Shown one piece after another: positions 57,702-64,000 of a DNA stretch of 64,000 nt. The first letter of the stretch is position 1, and each line of letters starts with the position of its first letter. A program made the position numbers and the translations under genes. The stretch covers positions 5,302 to 69,301 of the forward strand of contig JAGBTY010000047.1 of assembly GCA_017631085.1 (NCBI GenBank), written 5' to 3'. The notes under the pieces were generated by a model. The model was given only the letters and a program-made list of their open reading frames with translations, ran no database searches and was not told where the DNA came from. This DNA is from Clostridia bacterium (lineage in GTDB: Bacteria; Bacillota; Clostridia; Oscillospirales; CAG-272).

Positions 57702-58469
57702 TTATTGAGCCGCATCAACGATAGCAGTGAATTTCTTTGCAACGAGAGAAGCTCCGCCAATAAGTCCACCGTCTACGTTGGGCTTTGCGAGAAGCTCTGC
57801 AGCATTTGCGTCGTTCATAGAACCGCCGTACTGAATGGTTACGGTCTCTGCAACGTCTGTACCGTACATTTCAGCGAGTACCTTGCGGATCTGTCCACAG
57901 GTCTCCTCTGCCTGTTCGGGAGTAGCAGTAAGTCCGGTTCCTATTGCCCATACGGGCTCGTATGCGATGATAACGTTCTTAAGAGCTTCAGCATCGATTC
58001 CTGCAAGGTCAAGCTTTGTCTGCATTCCAACGACTTCTGCTGTAATACCTGCAAGTCTCTGCTCCTTAACTTCGCCAAGGCAAAGGATTACCTTCATGCC
58101 TGCTGCAAGAGCAGCCTTTGTGCGAAGATTTACTGTTTCGTCTGTCTCACCGAAATATTGACGTCTTTCGCTGTGACCAACGATAACGTACTCAACACCG
58201 ATAGCCTTAAGCATCTTTGCGGATACCTCACCGGTATACGCACCCTTCTCCTCGAAGTGTACGTTTTCAGCGCCTATCTTGATGTTTGAGCCTTTTGCTG
58301 CTTCCATAGCAGCGGAGATGGTAACGTAGGGAGCGCAGAAGATTATGTCGCACTTGTCCTTGCCCGCTACCATGGGCTTTATCTCATTTATAAATGCGGT
58401 TGCTTCGTCGGGTGTGAAGTTCATCTTCCAGTTACCCGCGATGACCGTTCTTCTCATTTCAGGATTCAT
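57702..58469 (-). CDS. tpiA: Triosephosphate isomerase
   Basis: IAGNWKMN, VIVGHSERR, AYEPVWAIGTG motifs. The start is either ATG 58469 or 58457. The track start at 58496 is a TTG abutting the pgk stop. Confidence 0.95.
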   Translation of the reverse strand: MNPEMRRTVIAGNWKMNFTPDEATAFINEIKPMVAGKDKCDIIFCAPYVTISAAMEAAKGSNIKIGAENVHFEEKGAYTGEVSAKMLKAIGVEYVIVGHSERRQYFGETDETVNLRTKAALAAGMKVILCLGEVKEQRLAGITAEVVGMQTKLDLAGIDAEALKNVIIAYEPVWAIGTGLTATPEQAEETCGQIRKVLAEMYGTDVAETVTIQYGGSMNDANAAELLAKPNVDGGLIGGASLVAKKFTAIVDAAQ

Positions 58470-58496
58470 TTCTCTATTTCCTCTTTTTCGAAACAA

Positions 58497-59792
58497 TTAT
58501 TTATCAAGAAGACAAGCGATTCCGGGAAGCTCAAGTCCCTCGAGGAATTCGAGAGAAGCGCCGCCACCTGTGGAGATGTGAGTCATCTTGTCAGCAAAGC
58601 CGAGCTTTTCAACTGCTGCAGCAGAGTCACCGCCACCGATGATGGATACTGCACCGCTTTCAGCTACTGCTTTTGCAACAGTTTCGGTTCCTGCAGCGAA
58701 ATTCTTCCACTCGGAAACGCCCATAGGTCCGTTCCATACAACAGTACCTGCACCCTGAATGGTTTTTGCGAAGAGTTCGCGGGTTACAGGGCCGATATCA
58801 AGTCCCATCCAACCGTCAGGAATGCTGTCGGAATAAATAACCATGTTGGCTGTGTTCTCGTCGTACTCTCTACCGATAACGTTGTCAACGGGAATGAGGA
58901 AGTTTACGCCCTTTGCGTGAGCCTTTGCTACCATTTCGTTAGCAAGCTCTATCTTGTCGTCTTCGCAAAGAGAAGATCCAACACTGTTACCTGTAGCCTT
59001 GAAGAATGTATAAGCCATTCCTCCACCGATAATGAGGGTGTCTACCTTCTCAATAAGGTTGTTGATAACACCGATCTTGTCGGATACCTTTGCGCCGCCG
59101 AGAATAGCAACGAAGGGACGAACGGGATCAGCGAGAGCCTTACCCATTACGCTTATCTCTTTCTGGATAAGGTAACCGCAAACAGCGGGAAGATATGCAG
59201 CAACACCTGCAGTTGAAGCGTGAGCTCTGTGAGCTGTACCGAATGCATCGTTTACGTATACTTCAGCATAGTCAGCAAGTTCCTTTGCGAAATCAGCACC
59301 GTTCTTTGTTTCTCTTGCGTCGAATCTGATGTTTTCAAGAAGAACCGCCTCGCCTTCCTTAAGAGCTGCAACCTTTGCCTTTGCATCAGGACCGATGATG
59401 TCTTCTGCAAATGTAACCTTGTCGCCAAGAAGCTCGTTAAGTCTGTCAGCAACAGGCTTAAGAGTGAATTTCTGCTTGTCGCCGAGAGCCTTCTTAAGAA
59501 GATCAGCCTTTGCTGCTGCCTGCTCCTCTGCGGGAAGAGCCTCAACCTTCTGCTTTTCTTTCTTTGTAAGACCGAAGCCTTCGGTAAGAATACTGTGGGG
59601 CTTACCCATGTGAGAGCAAAGAATTACCTTTGCGCCCTTCTCGAGAAGATACTTGATCGTGGGAAGAGCCTCTACGATTCTCTTATCCGATGTGATAACG
59701 CCGTCCTTGAGAGGAACGTTGAAGTCGCAACGGACAAGAACTTTTTTGCCGGATACTTCAATATCCTCAACTGATTTCTTGTTGTAGGTCAT
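58497..59792 (-). CDS. pgk: Phosphoglycerate kinase (with an extra segment after the SHxGKP motif)
   Basis: [36 protein letters not shown] motifs. ATG at 59792 lies 8 nt after AAAGGTGG. The track start at 59804 is a GTG inside the RBS. Confidence 0.95.
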   Translation of the reverse strand: MTYNKKSVEDIEVSGKKVLVRCDFNVPLKDGVITSDKRIVEALPTIKYLLEKGAKVILCSHMGKPHSILTEGFGLTKKEKQKVEALPAEEQAAAKADLLKKALGDKQKFTLKPVADRLNELLGDKVTFAEDIIGPDAKAKVAALKEGEAVLLENIRFDARETKNGADFAKELADYAEVYVNDAFGTAHRAHASTAGVAAYLPAVCGYLIQKEISVMGKALADPVRPFVAILGGAKVSDKIGVINNLIEKVDTLIIGGGMAYTFFKATGNSVGSSLCEDDKIELANEMVAKAHAKGVNFLIPVDNVIGREYDENTANMVIYSDSIPDGWMGLDIGPVTRELFAKTIQGAGTVVWNGPMGVSEWKNFAAGTETVAKAVAESGAVSIIGGGDSAAAVEKLGFADKMTHISTGGGASLEFLEGLELPGIACLLDK

Positions 59793-60024
59793 GTTGTTTT
59801 CCACCTTTCACAAATTTAGATTTAATAATTTTTTTAAAATAAAAAACCAAAGTTACAATCAATTATATCACAATGAGAGACGTTTTGCAAGTATTTTTGT
59901 TAAAAATTTGTCTTTTTATGCAATTTTTATCAAATAAATTAAAAAGCGGAATGTTAACGTCAACAGAAAAAGCAAATTTTGTTAGGGCCCCCTGTGTTAT
60001 CATGAGCGGAGCAACGAGGAGTAT

Positions 60025-60058
60025 GGTAGGGATTTGTTTGTCCCGAAAAAATATGGCG
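60025..60058 (+). repeat. GTAGGG-type intergenic repeat element, copy 4
   Basis: GGTAGGGATTTGTTTGTCCCGAAAAAATATGGCG. Same architecture and the same CCCGAAAAAATAyGGC tail as copy 2. Confidence 0.6.
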
Positions 60059-60095
60059 AAAGTATTTTATATACTCCCGCCATGAAAATTCAATT

Positions 60096-62198
60096 TTAAC
60101 CTCTATACTTAATGCTTCTGTCAAAGGACATTCTGAAATCGATCGAGGGATCGGGGGGACATTTCTCCCACGCCTCGTCGATAAGAGCCTCCAGGTTCTC
60201 GTCGGTCAGGGTAATACCCCTTTCTTTTGCAAGCTTTCTCGCGCAAAACTCAAACCAAACGTCCGTAAGGGTGTTTTCTCCCTCTCTTATATCGTAATGC
60301 TCCTTGCTAAAGAATCCCTCAAGATATTCGATCTTTCCGAGCTTCACCGCCGCCACCGATGCGTGTATCCTTACTCTGTCGGCTCTCTCGCAATTCTCGG
60401 GAAGTCTCTCGTACTCACTCCATAGCTTTTCATATCTTGCGTTTTTAGCAAGGAAGCCCAGATATTCGGAAGCGAGTCCGAAGTCGTCGTACGCTCCCTC
60501 ACATCCGAGAGCAAGATCATAATACTCCTCGGCGGCTCTCACGTTTCCTCGTTGGCTCTCGAGAATAGCGAGGTTTCTATATGCGAGCATTGATGGCTCG
60601 ATGGCTATCGACTCTTTCCACACCCTCTCGGCAACAGCCGTTCTTTTGTCTCTGTCCTCTATGCTGTACGCATCCGTGGCGTACTTTGTACCGTCCACTC
60701 CCTCGTATACGGCAACTCCGTACTGCATAAGGCTGTACCAAGTCCTGCCGCCCTCAATATCGAGACTCGCTTCAAGCCTCGGAAGCCATTTGTCCGATAC
60801 GTTATACGTGGGAATGAAGTATCGCTTATCCTCATAGGGCAGTACCCCGTTTTCAAGAAGATATTTCCACGGATACTCCTCACGTCCGATAGTAGCTTGC
60901 GGGAAACACATGGATCTTGGAGCATCTCCATCTCCGTCTGCCTTCATTCGCATTATCTCAAGCGCTCCAAAGCCCGAGCCGTCATGAATGATAGCGTTAT
61001 TCGGAATTGGCATATCAGCATATTTTCCGAGCATCGCATCAAGCTCCATAAGCTCCGACGCCCCTATTCTTTCGTCGATAAGAGAGCCGAGATAGTCTCT
61101 CGCCTTGTAATAATCCTTATGATGTACCTTGTCTCTATCTGCCTCGATACCACCGAAGCACTGGGTCCACTCGACCGTTCTTCTTGCCTCCAGCTTCTTG
61201 TCGTGAAGCTGGGATGGAGCGATACCTGCCTGTATCTCCGCATAATATCCCGAGCCCTTATCCGACAAAAATTCCTGCCAATGCTTACCCGCATAGTGAT
61301 TGCCCCAGCAGAACATCTTTTTGAAAGAGAGGGGAGGGGTTGAGCGCTCAAAGAATACGCTTCCTTCGGGAAAGGCAGACGCCTCCCACGTACATTCGTC
61401 CTCTCTCTTCGGCTGAATAAAGAAGTCAAAGGATCTCGTAGCCTCGTCGGGATATGAGATGTCCGCTCCCGGCATGGCGTCAACGTGAGGCAAACGTTCA
61501 TAGCGCATCTCGTCACCTATAAAGGAGAGGATATTCTCGCCCGAAGCGAGTACCCTCGTTCTGCCCACGTCCACAACGGCGGTATTTGTCCACCAATACG
61601 TAGTTGTGTCCTTATTGAAAGGATTTATGATGCGAACGTGAGAATAGAGCTGACGTGAGCCCTCCGGAAGATGTAGGTCCACCTGCCAGAATACGCTTTT
61701 GAGCCTCTCGAATTCATATATCCTGAGAAAATCATTTCCCATACCGTCCTTAAGTATTGCGCAGAAAACGTTGTCGCAGGTGGTATAGGTATGACCGATA
61801 CATCCTATATTCCACTCGATGCCTCCCGACAGCCAGGCGTTTCGTATGGCGAGGTTTGCAGGCTGTATGACGGGGTTTCTCATTACAAGATCAATACCGA
61901 GCTTCTTGTCGTAAAGAGAGTATATCCGTCCTCCGTATTCGGGAAGTATCTCCGCCTTCAGGTATTCGTTTTCAAGGACTATACATTTGAGTCTTAAGGG
62001 CAGTCTTTTTCTCGAATATCTGTCCTGCATGGTATAAGGAAGCGCCTTGGTGTGCTTTCCGAGTCCCTCCATAAGCTTATCGGGTATCTCTCCTCCCACC
62101 TTTATGAAAGAGGGTTCTCTCGTTCTGAATTCGGGAAGGGGGGACACCCCCTCCATCGGCGCTCCCGAAATGACCTTTACACACTCTTTGATCTTCAT
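60096..62198 (-). CDS. DUF5107-type (aldose-epimerase-like) domain protein with C-terminal TPR-like repeats
   Basis: 700 aa. N-terminal block LENEYLKAEILPEYGGRIYSLYDKKLGIDLV...NAWLSGGIEWNIG recalled as DUF5107. C-terminal helical repeats. Confidence 0.75.
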   Translation of the reverse strand: MKIKECVKVISGAPMEGVSPLPEFRTREPSFIKVGGEIPDKLMEGLGKHTKALPYTMQDRYSRKRLPLRLKCIVLENEYLKAEILPEYGGRIYSLYDKKLGIDLVMRNPVIQPANLAIRNAWLSGGIEWNIGCIGHTYTTCDNVFCAILKDGMGNDFLRIYEFERLKSVFWQVDLHLPEGSRQLYSHVRIINPFNKDTTTYWWTNTAVVDVGRTRVLASGENILSFIGDEMRYERLPHVDAMPGADISYPDEATRSFDFFIQPKREDECTWEASAFPEGSVFFERSTPPLSFKKMFCWGNHYAGKHWQEFLSDKGSGYYAEIQAGIAPSQLHDKKLEARRTVEWTQCFGGIEADRDKVHHKDYYKARDYLGSLIDERIGASELMELDAMLGKYADMPIPNNAIIHDGSGFGALEIMRMKADGDGDAPRSMCFPQATIGREEYPWKYLLENGVLPYEDKRYFIPTYNVSDKWLPRLEASLDIEGGRTWYSLMQYGVAVYEGVDGTKYATDAYSIEDRDKRTAVAERVWKESIAIEPSMLAYRNLAILESQRGNVRAAEEYYDLALGCEGAYDDFGLASEYLGFLAKNARYEKLWSEYERLPENCERADRVRIHASVAAVKLGKIEYLEGFFSKEHYDIREGENTLTDVWFEFCARKLAKERGITLTDENLEALIDEAWEKCPPDPSIDFRMSFDRSIKYRG

Positions 62199-62234
62199 AT
62201 GTTCTCCTTTTTATCAGAAGATTTATTTAAGATT

Positions 62235-63326
62235 TTATTTGTTACATGATGCCACGATCGTCTTCATGGCGTCGAGCTTCTTTTCCATGTCTGCCACAAG
62301 AGCGAATTGGTTTCTCGCTCTTTCAAGGTTATGGCCCTCGTGATGTATACGGAAATATACATCTCCTTCGAGATAGTCGGTAAGGAAGCGCATTCCGCAT
62401 TCAAAGGTCATCATCATTGCTCCTACGGGCAAAAGCTCTATCTCTTTCTCGGTAAGTCTTCCGTCGCAACCGCGAAGAAATCCTCTTGTGTACGCCTCGA
62501 AAAGACCGAGGTCGAGAGATACGAGAGACAGGTCTGTTTCGTCCTCTGCAGCCGTATTTGCACCGAATCTTATGGAGTCACCGAAATCGTTTACCGAAAA
62601 GCCGCCCATGACGGTATCAAGGTCTATAACGCATACGGGTGCTTTATTTACAGAGTCGAAAAGAATATTGTTGAGCTTTGTGTCGTTGTGTGTAACTCTT
62701 AAGGGAAGATCACCGCTCTCATAAGCAAGTGCCAGAGTTTTTGCAAACTCTTCGTGTGCCATAGCAAAGCTTATTTCTTCGCGTACCGATTCGGCTCTGC
62801 CTACTTTGTCGGCAGCTACAGCCCTCATAAGATTTTCATATCTTACGGGAGTGTTATGGAAATTTACTATTGCTTCGTGAAGACGTGATGCGTCAAAGTC
62901 TGCGAGCATTCCCTGAAATCTTCCGAAAGCCTCACCGCAAGTCTCAAAATCCTCTATTCCCTCGGCTCTGTCGCGCGCAACCGTCCCCTCCACGAAATCG
63001 TACATTCTCCAATAAGAGCCAATGCTATCCTTGTAGAAGGGCGCTCCGTTATTTGTTTTTACAACGGTAAGAGTTGCCCTTTTTGGATCGCCTGCTTTTG
63101 CTCTGATATGCTCGGTAACACCAGCGATATTTTCCATTATTTCATCAGGATGCGGGAAGACGGTATTGTTTATCCTCTGAAGTATGTATCTCTTATTTTC
63201 GGTCACTGTGAGAAAGGTATCATTAATATGTCCGTTTCCGTAAAGCTCACAGCTTATAATTTTTCCAATGTGTGAGTATTCCGAAAGCGTTTCTTGCTTT
63301 TTTGCACAAGCTTCTTCTCTTGTCAT
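62235..63326 (-). CDS. nahK: N-acetylhexosamine 1-kinase (NahK/LnpB-like, APH fold)
   Basis: 363 aa. Blocks shared with Bifidobacterium NahK as I recall it: GNGHINDTF, YILQRIN, LRVTHNDTKLNNILFD, IDLDTVM, DFGDSIRFGA, ECGMRFLTDYLEGDVYF. Confidence 0.85.
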   Translation of the reverse strand: MTREEACAKKQETLSEYSHIGKIISCELYGNGHINDTFLTVTENKRYILQRINNTVFPHPDEIMENIAGVTEHIRAKAGDPKRATLTVVKTNNGAPFYKDSIGSYWRMYDFVEGTVARDRAEGIEDFETCGEAFGRFQGMLADFDASRLHEAIVNFHNTPVRYENLMRAVAADKVGRAESVREEISFAMAHEEFAKTLALAYESGDLPLRVTHNDTKLNNILFDSVNKAPVCVIDLDTVMGGFSVNDFGDSIRFGANTAAEDETDLSLVSLDLGLFEAYTRGFLRGCDGRLTEKEIELLPVGAMMMTFECGMRFLTDYLEGDVYFRIHHEGHNLERARNQFALVADMEKKLDAMKTIVASCNK

Positions 63327-63349
63327 TATATTTCCCCTGCTTTCTGTAA

Positions 63350-64000
63350 TTAAACTTCATATCTGTTGCAGAAGTCGTTAAGGTCAACTACTTTACCCGT
63401 AAGTCTTGATTCCTCGGCGGCGAATGCGATCATATGGTTGTCGCAGGATTCGACGATTCCGCATACTGATTTACTTGTTGTGCCGTTAAGAAGGTTTTTG
63501 AGCGCATATATGATACCGTCGTCTCCGCCACCGTGACCGCCGGTTATACCCTCATCTCGCAAAGTGATTTTCTCATCACCCTTATAATCACTCCACTCTC
63601 TTTTGCTGAAATCAAATATCCTTATTGTATTTCCTTCCATTTTTGCGTCTATCTCGCCAAGAGTTCCCATTATTCTGAGAGCTCTACCGCCCTCGTTGAA
63701 TGCACTCATTGTAAAGGATACACAAACGTCGTCCTCAAAAAGAAGATTTACTACCTGATGGTCGACAACGTCGTTTGAGCATTTATATACGCACTTTCCG
63801 TATTGTGTGTTGTTGAGAGCTTCGATAACGTCCTCATCAGTAGGTTCGATCTTTTTGGCGGAGGATCTTCTGAACCAAAGTCCGCGGGGATCATCGTTTG
63901 TGGCTTCGAGATAAAGCTTTTTGGCATTATATGGACAGCTCTCTGCCGCAGGGCAGCCGTCAAGGCAGCGTTCGGGAGAGCCCTCGGGCGCGTTTTCCGG
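63350..64000 (-). CDS. Gfo/Idh/MocA-family oxidoreductase, C-terminal part; the N-terminus lies beyond the window
   Basis: The track shows only 63350-63709. I translated the same frame by hand and it stays open to position 64000 (...CLDGCPAAESCPYNAKKLYL...VVDHQVVNLLFEDDVCVSFTMSAFNEGG...ITGGHGGGDDGI...). Confidence 0.7.
   Translation of the reverse strand, partial: PENAPEGSPERCLDGCPAAESCPYNAKKLYLEATNDDPRGLWFRRSSAKKIEPTDEDVIEALNNTQYGKCVYKCSNDVVDHQVVNLLFEDDVCVSFTMSAFNEGGRALRIMGTLGEIDAKMEGNTIRIFDFSKREWSDYKGDEKITLRDEGITGGHGGGDDGIIYALKNLLNGTTSKSVCGIVESCDNHMIAFAAEESRLTGKVVDLNDFCNRYEV

Noticed and set aside
1-64000. Search for mobile elements, prophage, toxin-antitoxin or defence islands
   Set aside because: No transposase, integrase, recombinase, restriction-modification, Cas, or small paired toxin/antitoxin ORFs were recognised. 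The window is core-genome in character.

Overview
Chromosomal segment from a low-GC Gram-positive genome, Clostridia-type judging by operon synteny (inference). It is almost entirely housekeeping. I call 57 protein-coding genes and find no rRNA, tRNA, CRISPR array, transposase, integrase, phage gene or recognisable defence gene. Conserved Firmicute blocks: glmS-glmM; tilS-hpt-ftsH; yybS-gdpP-rplI-dnaB; rimP-nusA-ylxR-ylxQ-infB; yicC-remA-gmk-rpoZ-priA-def-fmt-(YugP peptidase)-rsmB-rlmN-(PASTA protein)-rsgA-thiN; efp; rpmG-secE-nusG-rplK-rplA; rny; alaS; pgk-tpiA. Three genes absent from the ORF track were found by hand: rpmG (53 aa), a 5' partial aldo/keto reductase at the left edge, and a Gfo/Idh/MocA oxidoreductase fragment at the right edge. 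Two short minus-strand ORFs with strong RBSs (53 aa membrane protein and a 20 aa SpoVM-like peptide) are also proposed. I see no clear novel multi-gene system. The least explained content is: (1) a tandem pair of about 595 aa cytoplasmic paralogs of unassigned family behind a consensus promoter, inserted between the efp locus and rpmG-secE-nusG; (2) a kinase-less four-PASTA membrane protein in the slot normally held by PrkC; (3) a stand-alone GlmU-like acetyltransferase next to glmM-glmS; (4) an AsnB-like amidotransferase with no synthetase PP-loop; (5) a dispersed family of GTAGGGG hairpin repeats in intergenic DNA; (6) a NahK / DUF5107-TPR / oxidoreductase sugar cluster cut by the window edge. 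All functional calls rest on motif recognition and synteny by eye. No searches were run.
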